Assembly (NCBI GenBank): GCA_009859145.1
Contig: VRVR01000035.1
Span: forward strand, 99,978-163,977
Reading direction: 5' to 3'
DNA: 64,000 nucleotides
DNA from: Andalucia godoyi And28
Lineage: Eukaryota; Protista; Jakobida
Shown here: piece by piece, positions 26,370 through 38,163 of the stretch
How the letters are laid out: every line of letters begins with the position of its first letter
Position numbering within the stretch: position 1 is the first letter of the stretch
The notes under the pieces: model-generated
What the model saw: only the letters and a program-made list of their open reading frames with translations
What the model was told of the DNA's origin: nothing
Database searches by the model: none
Position numbers and translations under genes: made by a program

Positions 26370-26762
26370 ATGAGTTTCATATTCTTGGTGGTCGCAGCCG
26401 TTATGTGGGGTGCCACAAATCCGCTGATTCGAAAGGCATCTGTTAAGGGACTGCACAAGATCGAAGAGAAGAACTTGATGAAGCGCATGTTTCTGGAGCT
26501 TCGATGGATGCTGTCAAGACTGGACTACGTCATTCCGCTTTTCATTAACTTTTCTGGTTCCTTTGTGTTCGTGTACGGCCTCTCATCAGCCGCAGTTTCA
26601 GTGGCTGTTCCTGTTACAAATTCTTTGGCGTTTCTCTTTTCAACGGCAGTCTCGCTGTACCTGGGTGAGAAACCAGGCAGCAAGGGGACGTTTCTTGGTC
26701 TGTTCTTTATAATGTTGGGGTCTGCGATCTGCGTATACAGCAGCAACAGCAATTCAAAATAA
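26370..26762 (+). CDS. TMEM234: TMEM234-family small membrane protein
   Basis: VAAVMWGATNPLIRKAS...YVIPLFINFSGS...VAVPVTNSLAFLFS. Confidence 0.85.
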   Translation: MSFIFLVVAAVMWGATNPLIRKASVKGLHKIEEKNLMKRMFLELRWMLSRLDYVIPLFINFSGSFVFVYGLSSAAVSVAVPVTNSLAFLFSTAVSLYLGEKPGSKGTFLGLFFIMLGSAICVYSSNSNSK

Positions 26763-26958
26763 ACCCCTCCCGGCCTGCTCGAAGGTTTCTCTCAATCAGC
26801 AACGATGTATATATACAGAGAGACAGGCAAACAGACAAACATTCGACGGAACAGCAGCAGCTTTACAAACAAGAAAACAAAAACAAAAGGAAGGGGGGGA
26901 GAGAGAAATCTACTCTACAGCGAACGCACATCCAAACAGAAGTTCCTTCGTAGAAACG

Positions 26959-27906
26959 TCAAGCAAACGGCTCCAAAGATTGGAGAGCATCTTTCAAAAT
27001 TCTGACTGCCGTTGCAACATCGTCAAATTGTAATGCAGAAATGGCTTCTTTGCAGTTCTTTTGCGCTTTCGCTATGACTGCAACCGGCGCAGCGGCCTTA
27101 GATGGAACAACAGGCGGAACATTCGCCAATGTGCGGGATACCGGTGCCGCCGTAGGGGCGGAAACTGGTTGTCGCGGTGCAGGTTGCGGAGCAAAGGGGG
27201 TGGGTGGGTTCTGGCTATAAACAGGAACAGACGCATAGGAAGGGGGCGGCGCATTGTACAAGTTGTACAGCCCACCTGCTGGAAGTGTGTTGGTGGATGG
27301 ACCTGAAGACGTAGTGTAAGGAGGTGGAGGCGCTGATGGAACAGGGACAAACGATGCACTGGAAGCAACAGTGCTTGATTTATCCTCTTCCATATCGTCC
27401 CCAGCGACCGGCGGATCTGCGATGGGTGTTCCGCTTTTCAAGCCTTTGGCAATCTCCGCTGCTCTCCATTTGGAATATCGAATCTTTTCCTTCACCGCAG
27501 ATTCCACTGTTCCAAATAAACCGCAGACTTCAAAAAACGTGCTGGACGCAAAGAAACTCTTTGCAGTGCCCATCGTCCGTGTGCCTGCACGGTCCGCGTC
27601 ATCCGCTGCCATAAAGATCTTCATAGAGAACCCTTTGACATAAGCTAGCCCGTCGTCGGGGAGAATTCCAGCAGATGCGAGAGTTTCTTTCTCGGTCTCC
27701 AATTTTTCAAGAAGACGTCCCAAAAACGCAGCAACTTCTTTGTTTCCTCGATTGGACTGATGCAGCTCAACTCCAAGCTGAGCGGCATACTGCCGACAAA
27801 AGTATGCCATGCGAGGATCTCGGTTCTCAACTTCCTCGGCCCTGGAAAGAAATCCTTTCAGAGATCCAAGCGCAGCTGGACAGGAAGTTGATAATGCTGA
27901 GCTCAT
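26959..27906 (-). CDS. VTA1: VPS4 cofactor VTA1/LIP5
   Basis: MAYFCRQYAAQLG, KIRYSKWRA, Pro-rich linker, C-terminal VSL motif KAQKNCKEAISALQFDDVATA. Confidence 0.93.
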   Translation of the reverse strand: MSSALSTSCPAALGSLKGFLSRAEEVENRDPRMAYFCRQYAAQLGVELHQSNRGNKEVAAFLGRLLEKLETEKETLASAGILPDDGLAYVKGFSMKIFMAADDADRAGTRTMGTAKSFFASSTFFEVCGLFGTVESAVKEKIRYSKWRAAEIAKGLKSGTPIADPPVAGDDMEEDKSSTVASSASFVPVPSAPPPPYTTSSGPSTNTLPAGGLYNLYNAPPPSYASVPVYSQNPPTPFAPQPAPRQPVSAPTAAPVSRTLANVPPVVPSKAAAPVAVIAKAQKNCKEAISALQFDDVATAVRILKDALQSLEPFA

Positions 27907-27981
27907 AGAATGTATGCCTTTGCACTAGGATCAGCACCAGTAAGTTATGAAAGATATAATGATGAAACAAAACCTGCGAAC

Positions 27982-27986
<5 letters not shown>

Positions 27987-28044
<58 letters not shown>
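27987..28044. repeat. (GA)n microsatellite between divergent VTA1 and ArsB-like genes
   Basis: Perfect AG run, seen directly. Confidence 0.95.
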
Positions 28045-28047
<3 letters not shown>

Positions 28048-28311
28048 TCAACAAAGTGGAACAAACACAAAACTGGGAACTGAAGAAGCTGGGACGGAGG
28101 GGGGTTCGAATCCAGCATTCCAAAATGGATTCTGTGAAATGAACTCAAAGACTCAAGCACATTTTTCAGTGATCCCAGTGGCGAGCAATTTATTTATTTT
28201 ATTATATAATTATTATTATTTTTTTGGACTTTTTTGGAGAGCTGGTCTCCGAGACATTCACGTTCACGCGTTCTGCAGGTGGTGCAAACTAATAGGGACG
28301 AATCGAATCTC

Positions 28312-29709
28312 ATGGAAGAAGGCGTAGCACAGTGGGTTGTCCTGGTTGGATTCATCGTAGCACTTGCTTTGGTCATGGTTCCCGTTACCATTCCCGTGCC
28401 ACGGATGTCCAAAGGTCTGCGGCTGAACTATGTTTCAGCACCGTTGTTTGTTGTTGTGTGCCTCATGATAGTGACGGCAGTGCCACCGTTGATTCTTGCA
28501 GATTCGCTAGTGGGCGACAGTACCATCCGACCTTTTACAATTATAATTCTATTCTTCAGCTTAGCTTATGTGTGCACGTCACTGGATTCGACAAATGTCT
28601 TTGCATTCGCAGCAGTGAATGTAGTTCAAAGAGCTGGTAAATCCAGAACTCTGCTGTTTTTGTCTGTCTTCTTTTTTTCTTCAATTCTTACAGTGTGCTC
28701 GTCAAACGACATTGTGGTGTTGGTTTTGACCCCGATTATTTCCCATCTCTCTAAAATCAGCTCGACAGATCCGAAAGCGCTGTTCATTGCAGAATTTTTT
28801 GCTGCCAACATTTTGTCTGTCGTGTTAATTATCGGAAATCCAACGAATGTCATTGCTGGTGAAGCGTATGGTCTCACCTTCACAGAGTATCTTCAGTGGA
28901 TGGCTGTGCCTGGATTTGTCGCGTGCTTCCTGGCTGCTGCCGTGCTGTACCTTTATTTTAGGAAGAGTTTGAATGAAAAATCTGCTGAGGACAACGACGA
29001 GACGCACTTCAATCTCGACTTGTATCAAATTACATCCAAACCTCTGACGATATTCAAGTGCTCTTGCTTCTTTATATGTTTGATGTTGTTTTCGGTTTCA
29101 AACTTCCTGTCTCTGTCTCTGTGGGTGATGTGCCTCGGAGGCGGTGTGTTCTTCCTTATTGTGGATTGCATATTGGATGCGTCTGGTAAGCTCGGGAAAC
29201 ACGAATTATTGCCTGTTGTATGGTCCAACCTCAAACGACTGCCGTATTCTGTGGCACCCTTCATGCTGGGCATGTTTTCTTTAGTCAATGCGCTGGAAAC
29301 TGTGGGTTGGATTGGAAAGTTCGCGGAAATTCTTGGATCGTGGTCATCAAATGTGACGTTCACAGTACTGTTCTTAGGATTTTTGACTTGCTATTCGTGC
29401 TCTCTCGTCAACAACCAACCGATGACTATCCTTTTTACCAGGACTATTTTGCACCACCGATTTACTTCGGATCCGCTCATTCGGAAGGCTGCAATCTTCA
29501 GTCTGATTATCGCTTCCAATTTTGGCGCCAATTTTTCGTTCGTTGCTTCAATGGCGGGGCTGATGTTCAAGGGAATCATTTCCCGGTTTGGAATGTCGCT
29601 CCGGGGTTCGTATTTTTCAAAAGTTGGCGCGTTGACAATGAACATTGTGCTTTTGGTGGCGCTCGTAGTTCTCCGACTCGAGCTCTTAGTGGACTCTACG
29701 GCAGCTTGA
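28312..29709 (+). CDS. ArsB/NhaD-family ion transporter (arsenite/anion permease)
   Basis: Multiple TM helices; SSNDIVVLVLTP, IIGNPTNV, SLVNNQPM, IASNFGAN...SMAGL. Confidence 0.85.
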   Translation: MEEGVAQWVVLVGFIVALALVMVPVTIPVPRMSKGLRLNYVSAPLFVVVCLMIVTAVPPLILADSLVGDSTIRPFTIIILFFSLAYVCTSLDSTNVFAFAAVNVVQRAGKSRTLLFLSVFFFSSILTVCSSNDIVVLVLTPIISHLSKISSTDPKALFIAEFFAANILSVVLIIGNPTNVIAGEAYGLTFTEYLQWMAVPGFVACFLAAAVLYLYFRKSLNEKSAEDNDETHFNLDLYQITSKPLTIFKCSCFFICLMLFSVSNFLSLSLWVMCLGGGVFFLIVDCILDASGKLGKHELLPVVWSNLKRLPYSVAPFMLGMFSLVNALETVGWIGKFAEILGSWSSNVTFTVLFLGFLTCYSCSLVNNQPMTILFTRTILHHRFTSDPLIRKAAIFSLIIASNFGANFSFVASMAGLMFKGIISRFGMSLRGSYFSKVGALTMNIVLLVALVVLRLELLVDSTAA

Positions 29710-29890
29710 TTTTGGCTTTTGTGTTTGTTTGTTGTTGTTGTTGTTTTTTTTTGGGGGGGGGGGGGGTCTCAGGCTTATTCCTATTACTAGGAATTTGTCC
29801 AATTTCCAAATCTCCAAGAGCTGCATATTCTCTTCTTGCTACTCCCTTCTGTTTTGGAATCTACTTTTTTTTCCCAATCTTGTGGACGCA

Positions 29891-32800
29891 ATGGTGTTCA
29901 CTGCTTTTGAGAAGCTCCAGCTTTCAGCTTCGTTTCATGAAAAGAAGGTCTCTCATGATGTCGAGTATTTCATGTTCCACTCCTCTTTCGGAATGGTTTA
30001 CGATTCATTCCAAATATTGGCCTCCTTAGCATCGTGCTTCTTATATTGTGCGTACACTTACTATACTGAAGCTCCGAAATGGATGGCAACAACGGATTTG
30101 GCGCTGGCAACAGTATTTCTTTTCGATTTTATTCTTCAGTTGTACATGTCTCCGAACCGCCTGAAGCAGCTGCTTTCGTTCCAGACGCTCATCGACGTTG
30201 TAACTATTGTCCCAGTGTATTTGGATCTGTTCGGAATCGATGAATTTGGAAATGTCGCATTTCTTCGGGTGTTTCGCTTATTCAGAGTTTTCAGAGTTTT
30301 TAGATCTCACCGAAATGGCTCTCTGAGTTCTGAAGATTTAGGCCAAGATTCATTGCTGAAACTTGTGAGCAACCTTCTCCTTACCGTGTTTGTTTTAATT
30401 TTTGTTTCGTCCTCTATTTTTCAGCTCATCGAGGGTTCGGGAGGATATCCACTTGATTTCCATGACGCTGTGTACTTCATTGTTGTGAGCACCACGACAG
30501 TTGGATATGGCGATATTACGGTATGCGTCTGACTAGCATTTCTTTGTTTGCTTCATTTTCCATCGTTTACTTATTGATTTTCTGCAGCCAAAAACGTTTC
30601 TGGGCAAAATGTACATTGCAGCATTTTTGCTCTTCGCTATATCTCTAATTCCGTACCAAACGACGAAAATGGTCGAACTTTTGAGATTACGATCGCGATT
30701 TTCGTCCAATTTTGTATCTCCACGTGGAGCAAATTCGGTTCTTCTCATTGGGGATTTGTCAATTCCGCGCTTGAGATCAATCATATTCGAGATGTTCCAC
30801 CCTTGTCATGGAAACTCCAAGACGCACGTTGTTCTCCTCAGCCCTGGAGTTCCCGATTCAGACATGGAATTGTTTTTGAGAAACAAATTTTCTTGGGGAA
30901 GGCTATCATACGTTCAGGGCTCTGCATTGTCATCTTCCGATATTCGGAGAACAGATGTGGATCATCTTGTTGCCTGTTTGATCATTTCCGATAACACTGT
31001 TGCAAATGGTTTAGAGGAAGATCAAGAGACGGTTCTCCGATGTCTTGCAATTCGGAATGCTTGCAAAACAATTCCAATTATCGTCGAACTCGGAGATACC
31101 GATGAGAAACACCACGCCATTTCAGCAGGCGTGCATTATTTGATCGTGCGTAACGAAATGAAAGCCAACCTGCTCTCTCGTAGCATCATCGCTCCTGGTT
31201 CGTCAACGTTGATTGGCAATCTTCTTACGCGTGTTCCTCTGCTTGGGAAATCAGCATTGTCCGAAATCAAAGGAACGTGGATCGAAGAATATTACCACGG
31301 GGCGCAACATTCGATCTCGTCTTTCTCATTTCCTTCAATTTCTCGTCATTTTACGTTTCTGGATTTTTGTTTATTTGCATCTTCAAAGTACAACATCATT
31401 TGTGTGGGCTTACTACGAAGCTCAAGTCTTGACGGCGAAAGACCATCGCAGTCATTGGGGTTTTCGAATGTTGTCGAGGAGCGCCCGCATGTTGTCCTTT
31501 TTCCAAACGACAGGAATCCGCTTAGTCCCGGAGATGCGTTGTTCGCGATCACGAAAAACGATGGTGACTGCTTTTTTGTTGTTGAGGACTTGAAGCGTCA
31601 GTATCCGTATTCTTCAGGTGTGAGGGTCGGTGTTTCCAGCAATAACGACGACAAGGAATCAGGTGCAAGCAGTGTTGAATCGGATTCCAGCACTTCCACT
31701 CTCCAAACGAAGAATCCAACGTCTGTTAAGGTCGTCGAAAACACGACCGTGCATCCAACGTTACCAGATCATCTGTTCTCCGCAACTGTTGCTCACGTGA
31801 CAGCGGATCGTTTTCGACGACAGATTCACAGCAGAAATATGCATATGACAACAACCCGCAAGCATCAGGTTCGTATTTCGACTTGTTCAAATGCCATTGG
31901 CAGCCATTACTTAAAAAATGCTCTGCGCGGCAATGTTCAGGAAAGCGAAGGTGGACAACCGGCACCAGATGCAATGTATCACAAATGTTCCTCTCGAGCC
32001 ATCGAAGACTGTACAACCAACCAGATGCCACAGACAGTGAGCGGGCATATAGTAGTTTGTGGAAATATGCATGCCGTGGAACATTTTGTCGGACCCCTTC
32101 GTCGAACGGACCTCGGACCGCCTGTAGATATCGTGATTTTGACAGCCAAGCCAACGGATATCCATTGGACACGCATTGACATGTACCCAAATATCTGGAT
32201 TATAGAAGGAGAAGCGGATAACAGTGCGTCCTTGTCTCGCTGTCGCGTTGACAGCGCGTTGCACGTGGTGTACCTAGCCTCTGAACGACAGTTTTCGAAC
32301 TGCGAACCAGAATTTGTCGATTTTCAGGCAATTCTGCTCTACAATACGCTCTTCCATGAATACGGGAAAGTTCCTTGTATGTTGGAAATGGTATTCTCCG
32401 CAAACATGAGCTTTTTGCATCCGAAGCTGGACATGGACAGATTCAAGCAGCTGTCGTCAGTTCCTATGCATGCGATCTACGCCCCTCTTTTTGCATCAGG
32501 CACCGTGTTTGCCGACACATTCATCGACCAATTTGCTGCGCAATCGTATTTCAATCCCTTTGTCATTGACATCACAAATCAGTTGATCGGATCTTTGTCC
32601 GATTCACTTCATCCATCTGAACAAAAGCAACTGTTTAGAATGAAGATACCGTCAGTTGTCATTCAACGGCGGCTTCAGAAGAATGCAAGGAACGGAAGGA
32701 GCGGAAAGCCGTTAACATGGAAGTTTTGCTTCAAAACGATGGTAACGGACTTCAGCATTTTGCCAGTCGCATTGTATCGCACAACAGGGGCGTTTGAACC

Positions 32801-32903
32801 TTCTCCCCTGCCTTTTGTTTATACTTCACCTCCTCGACAGTGCATCGTCGACGAAACAGACGAGATTTTTTTTCTTGCCAATACGCCACCGACATTCAAA
32901 TGA
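29891..32903 (+). CDS. Slo/BK-family K+ channel with RCK domains; exons 29891-30520 and 30588-32903
   Basis: S4 FLRVFRLFRVFRVFR; filter TTVGYGD; the 67-nt intron GTATGC...CTGCAG gives GYGDIT|PKTFLGK in frame; RCK motifs (YVQGS, GHIVVCG, PLFASG). Confidence 0.92.
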
Positions 32904-32989
32904 TTTCTCGACGTAATTGCAGCTCACTTTGAACCTGGCATTTTGTAAATCATTCACTATGTTGAATTCTTGTCCACAAACAGAAGCTG

Positions 32990-34330
32990 ACCACTACACG
33001 ATAAAGTCTTGTGCTAACGTTCAAAAACTACAACAACCTATTGTCATCCCTTGAAGACTGTACTTGAGGAAGGAATACAACGAAGCTTGCAATTCTGAGA
33101 ACGATTCCTGGGGCAGCCGCATCTCCTGATGAGAAGAACAAGTATCAAAACAAAAAAATAGTCCAGTGAAGGAAGTAGCATATCTTAGCTGTCATGTTCC
33201 AGAATCGAAAAAAAGGAACCCCAAATTGCAAAATATAGTAATCAAAGAAAAACGGCCAGCTGACGGGAATCTCGCATTTGCTGAAACACATGCTGGAACG
33301 AAAAGCAACTTAGGAATCCAATCGTGTGCTGATGTCGGTGTTTCCTTTGAAAACGAATTTCAGCAAGAACACTGCAACAAAATCGACGGAGATGTCGGAA
33401 GTCTTAGAGAAGCAATGGATCGCAAGGGATCACCGGAAAGTCCGGATGAAAACTGAACACAATTAACTGTAATTGAGCACAGTTGCTCAACTTGCGAATA
33501 GAATCTCTCTGTTGATACGTGGGCTTTCGCATTAGGGTAAAGCAAATTTCCGATTTATTAAAGAAGGCTGCGATAGCTGTATTCTGGCGCACCACCTCTT
33601 CTGCTGAGCCGCAGCCCAGGAGGCTTTGTACATTTAATGTCAGAATTGCAGAACCGACGATCAGTTTGAATATGGAAGAAGTACTCACGCATGCCAGCTG
33701 CCTTGGGCACCGGTACGCAGCATTCTATCAAACTGTGATTGCGAACAATTGTTTTTGCATCAGCGTTTGTGATAGTGGCTCCTCGATGTGTCGCATCTCA
33801 CTGTCAGCGTTGCTCTTGGAACGCTGTGTTTTCCTCTTAGTTCCTCCGAATACCTGGGTGTTTTGCATGTGTGCCCTGCAGTTTTATTGTGGGCTGTTCT
33901 CTTTTTTTGCACAGTGATGTTTTCGGATTATCTCGATTTTGGTCTGCGCTGAGTATTTCTTTCGCTGTTGCAGCGAGTTATCGTTTGACAAATGTGTATC
34001 GCTGTCGATGCAGATACCGGAACATAGTGGTTGGAGGAGTTTTGCTGACGGTATCTGCACTGATTGTGATCGGAGATGTTGACGTTACAATCTTTAGAAT
34101 AGTCGTGTTGGTTTTGGGTTTCCGTGAACGCTTTTGTGCCCTGAAATACCTGTTTGCGCATCTAATTATGATTCACACAGCTTTGGTATCACCGGGCCAC
34201 GGCCCTGATTTTTCCAGATGCATTTTTCGCAGCCCTAACTCTCGTTGCAGTTATCGGCCGCTGCGCTGTGACGGGTGCCAGAATACCTGGAGCACCGAAA
34301 GTGCATTTCCAACAGCAACTGCATGTTGAC
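32990..34330 (-). pseudogene. Possible decayed coding sequence, unidentified
   Basis: 1.4-kb gap in an otherwise very compact region. Minus-strand frames give protein-like, weakly LRR-like stretches broken by stops (e.g. ORF 33404-33688, DPLRSIASLRL). No clear homology. Confidence 0.2.
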
Positions 34331-34353
34331 TGATATAGTTGGGAAAATAAGAT

Positions 34354-37300
34354 TTACGACTTCGTCGGTGGCACGCCAAGCGAGCCATTTTTGGATTCAT
34401 GTTTCAAGTATTGCAAAGCGTGTAGCCGTTTCGTTGGATCTGAAATGGCGTCAAACGGAAGAATACCCTTCACAATTGCACCCATAATGAGAAGATTGTC
34501 ATCTGCGGTCTCTTCCGTGAGTTCAATTTCCTTTTGCTTTTCCTCTTGTCTGTCACTGAAAGTCTTGAAAAGAGGAGACTCCTCCTTGTCATCTCGAAGC
34601 AACGGCTTCCAGTGCTGTGGTTTGTCGAAATCCAAACGGAACTGATCCGATGCGGCTTCCCCATAAGGCTTTCCATTTTCGATTTCATCAACCGTCAGTT
34701 CCAAGACTCGAGACTGTATCTCTCGAGCCTCGACGATATCTTCTCGTCGACGATTCCTCCAATCATCTGGGGTGTAGAAGTCCCAGTTTCGCCTTTCCAG
34801 CAATCTCCCGCGATTCACCAACGACGTAACGGATGAGGACAACGCTTCAAAACCAAACACAGATACGTCTCGTTGGAGTACCAAAATCAAATTGTATTTC
34901 TCCAATACGGTGAGACTCTGAATTGGGAAAATAGATCCTTGATCCAACTTGATGTTTTGAGAAACACGGATGACATCCAGTGTCATTCGGAGGCGGAGAT
35001 CCGGAAAAACGGATGTGTGTTGAGAAGTCGTTCGCACACGGCCTTTCACATCACTCATCGAAAATCGCAAATATCGAGCATCCACGCGGGAAACGCAAGG
35101 AATGTCCTGCAGAAACGTCTTAAGGTCAATTATTTTGATCCGTCCTTCCTCATCACCGACAACCAAACACCTTTCGCTCTTGACAAACACTAGAGACGTG
35201 ACAGACACAGGAATATCGGAAAGATCCAGCGAACCACCGGAAAACTCCGAGGATGGTGCTCCTTCCAGACTTAGTAACAATTCATTTCTGTTTGAAGCAG
35301 GATATGTTGCCCAAAAGTTGATTCTTCCAGAAGCGTCCGCTGCAACAAATAATGGGTACGGATCAAGAAAGCAAAGAGCGCAAACCTCGGAAGCATTGTT
35401 GACTACAGCACCACCCGAGCAGCGCAAATGTCCCAAAGGAGCTCCGCCAAAGCAATCGAATATCTTAATTGACCCATCGGAAAGTCCGACGGCTACCATG
35501 TTGAGACTGTCAGAAACGAAACCGCAAACGATGGTCGCATCCTCTTCTCCTCCACGAACCGAGACCTTGTGCTTCAGCTGATATCCTTCTTCCTCATCAT
35601 ACTCCGAAAAAAGCACTTGGCGGTCCCAAGAAGCAGACAAGAAAAATGCAGGATCCATAGCAGTGCAGGAGACGAACGTCACTTCGTCTTCATGCATTTC
35701 AAGATCCCTAATCTTGACCAAAGATGAGAAGTTAAATTCAGCGACATTTCCACTCGCATCTCCGAGATAAAACTTTCTCAAACCTTTCCCCATCGCAACT
35801 GCAGTAATGTCAGCAGGCATTGCATCTGGAGTCTTCAATGCCATTTGTCCAGTCAGAGCATCGTACAATGCCACGTGCCTCCCAAAAATTAGCAGCAACA
35901 TAAGATTGAGATCGTTGTACAAAATGAATGACACGGGGACATCTGTATCTGATCTGGAAGCCGCAATTTCGCGGACTTCACAATCAAAGCGAGACAAACT
36001 AAACGAAGATGAATAGATTCGAAAATCCTGAGAAAGTTTTGGAGCCCCGGACTGAACAGCTGTTCCTGCTTCTGAAGAGCAATTTGGAACATCGTCTGGA
36101 TCTTGAAAAGAATGAATCCTAGCGATTTTCTCGTTCAGTTCTCGATCTCTTTCGGCCAGCGACTGAAGCGTGGTGTCGGCAACCGTCTTAGTGCATGTCA
36201 CGAATCCATCCAACTGCGAAGCCTGCGAAGTTCTATCCACAAACGACGTCACCTGAGTCAAGTCCCGCAAATCCCAGACCTTGAATGTTCCACCCACATC
36301 AGCTGAAAACAAGTGGCAACCAGAGATGGAGAGTCCTACAAGAGGTCTTGAGTGACCAATCAGCCGAAACAGCAGAGCTCCCAACACTGCGTCCCAGACA
36401 TGCACTTCCCTATCGTAGCCTGCAGAAAACAGCAGACTCTGTTCGCCAGAAAACACAATTGATCTTACTCCCATTCGATGGCCCGCTAGAACGCGTTTGA
36501 CACGCCGCGTTGCAGTGTCCCATACTCGAATCGTCGTGTCCAAAGATGCTGAAACCAGAGCATCCAGGTACTCAATTTGAATAAGGTCTTCCACAACGTC
36601 GTGATGCCCATCTTCCACACTGAACGAATATGTGCCGGACTGCACAAACTTGCATTTTCGAGACCCATGGGCATACACAGGCAGTACTTGGGAACCACTC
36701 AAGGAGCCTCCCATCGACGCAGAATACAGTGTTTGCGACTGCGGAGACCACAGCAAAACATGTTGCGGCGTTTGCAGGGACGTAGAATCCAGAAGGGACC
36801 AATGCACCGCATCATATATATGAATCTTTCCGTCTCCAGTTGAAACAAATAGGCATCTGTGCATCTCATCGTATTCCAGTGCGCAAGGCGAAAACTGGAG
36901 CCCTGAAACATGAAGAGCAAACTGCCCCGTTTCGCTGTCATATATCTTAAAGCCGTGCGCCTCATCAATAAGAGCTATCTTCCAAAGATCAGGCATAAAG
37001 CACATTCGAGAAACCCGGTCAGGGTGTTTGGTTCGATCCACATAACCAGAATCCTGGGTAATTGTAAGAGACAGCTTCTCAAAAAATCCAGAAGAACGGT
37101 ACAAAAGTCCAGATTCCACAATATAAGACATTAACTCCGACCATTCGACAGTTTCATCGCCATTCGCATCAATTTGTCGAAACAATCCAGTCAACGAGTT
37201 TACCAGCACTGCACCCTTCAGCTCGAAATCAGAACCTCCCAAGCAATCCTGCATGACTTTCACAAACTCCTCCAAATTCAATGCATGCCCGGGGTGGACC

Positions 37301-37521
37301 TCCCAAACCTCTTGTAACCGGTAGAAATGGATAGGCCGTAATGCGCTCATGATGTAGGCTCCGTTCAAATTTGCGTTTGCCATGCTTTGCGGCCCTTTGG
37401 AAGACGACCGAGCCGTTCTCGCGGACCGCAGAGTGGTCGCAGACCGAGCGGATAGCGTGGGTACGGGAGAGGAGTTGGAAAACAAATCCGAATCCCTGGC
37501 TGTGACCGACATGATTGTCAA
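34354..37521 (-). CDS. EF-hand plus WD40-repeat protein (WDR49/WDR64/EFCAB8-like)
   Basis: LNLEEFV...LFRQIDANGDETVEWSEL EF-hand pair; many WD repeats (GHHDVVEDL...SASLDTTIRVWD; GHRMGV...SAGYDREVHVWD). Confidence 0.8.
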   Translation of the reverse strand: MTIMSVTARDSDLFSNSSPVPTLSARSATTLRSARTARSSSKGPQSMANANLNGAYIMSALRPIHFYRLQEVWEVHPGHALNLEEFVKVMQDCLGGSDFELKGAVLVNSLTGLFRQIDANGDETVEWSELMSYIVESGLLYRSSGFFEKLSLTITQDSGYVDRTKHPDRVSRMCFMPDLWKIALIDEAHGFKIYDSETGQFALHVSGLQFSPCALEYDEMHRCLFVSTGDGKIHIYDAVHWSLLDSTSLQTPQHVLLWSPQSQTLYSASMGGSLSGSQVLPVYAHGSRKCKFVQSGTYSFSVEDGHHDVVEDLIQIEYLDALVSASLDTTIRVWDTATRRVKRVLAGHRMGVRSIVFSGEQSLLFSAGYDREVHVWDAVLGALLFRLIGHSRPLVGLSISGCHLFSADVGGTFKVWDLRDLTQVTSFVDRTSQASQLDGFVTCTKTVADTTLQSLAERDRELNEKIARIHSFQDPDDVPNCSSEAGTAVQSGAPKLSQDFRIYSSSFSLSRFDCEVREIAASRSDTDVPVSFILYNDLNLMLLLIFGRHVALYDALTGQMALKTPDAMPADITAVAMGKGLRKFYLGDASGNVAEFNFSSLVKIRDLEMHEDEVTFVSCTAMDPAFFLSASWDRQVLFSEYDEEEGYQLKHKVSVRGGEEDATIVCGFVSDSLNMVAVGLSDGSIKIFDCFGGAPLGHLRCSGGAVVNNASEVCALCFLDPYPLFVAADASGRINFWATYPASNRNELLLSLEGAPSSEFSGGSLDLSDIPVSVTSLVFVKSERCLVVGDEEGRIKIIDLKTFLQDIPCVSRVDARYLRFSMSDVKGRVRTTSQHTSVFPDLRLRMTLDVIRVSQNIKLDQGSIFPIQSLTVLEKYNLILVLQRDVSVFGFEALSSSVTSLVNRGRLLERRNWDFYTPDDWRNRRREDIVEAREIQSRVLELTVDEIENGKPYGEAASDQFRLDFDKPQHWKPLLRDDKEESPLFKTFSDRQEEKQKEIELTEETADDNLLIMGAIVKGILPFDAISDPTKRLHALQYLKHESKNGSLGVPPTKS

Positions 37522-38163
37522 TTCCCTGTATCGTTGTCAAAAAAAATAAAAAAGCTTATTATAAAAAGCGAGTCACGATCATGATGACCGTTGGGAGCCG
37601 CCATGGAAGCGTCTGTCTTGCAATTTTCTCCGTCTGTGTGAAACGTGGATTCCCGTGAATCGCTTTGTCCTTTCGGCAGACGTCATCCACCATAGCGTTT
37701 GCTTTGCCTTTTTGCCTTTGCTTCGATGTGCATGCGAGGAGAATCGAGAGTCGAGACGTTTGCCAGTCGCCTTTGTGTTGACATGTGTCGACTTTATCAG
37801 TGTGCTAGGACGCTTCCATAAAATTTCAATTCAGAAATTCCAGCAGTTCCTCAAATCGGTCTTTCTTTTTTCCCCTTCCCGTTTCTCTCTTTTCCTTCCC
37901 TTTTGTCTGTTATCCGCTGTCTCTCGTCCTTTGGATTTTGTTTGCTGAACCCGTTCCCTTTTTCCTTTTTCCCTTTCTCCCGTTTCACCTTGGACTTCGT
38001 TGTGTCAAATAAAATATTGAATAAAGCACTGCTGCGTTCGTATTTTGATGTTTCACCGTTTTTATTTGGCACCACATCCTCCTCACACTTCGCCACACGC
38101 TGTCGCTTTGTCTGTTTCGTCGGTTTCATACTTGCACATTTGCGGAACCCGATGGTGCAGGTG

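Noticed and set aside
28098-28118. GGTTCGAATCC, a tRNA T-loop/B-box-like sequence
   Set aside because: The flanks do not form a T-stem, and no D-arm, anticodon arm or acceptor stem is present.
28312-29709. ArsB-like transporter as a recent bacterial transfer
   Set aside because: ArsB/NhaD-family members are widespread in eukaryotes and the composition matches neighbouring genes; a phylogeny would be needed.
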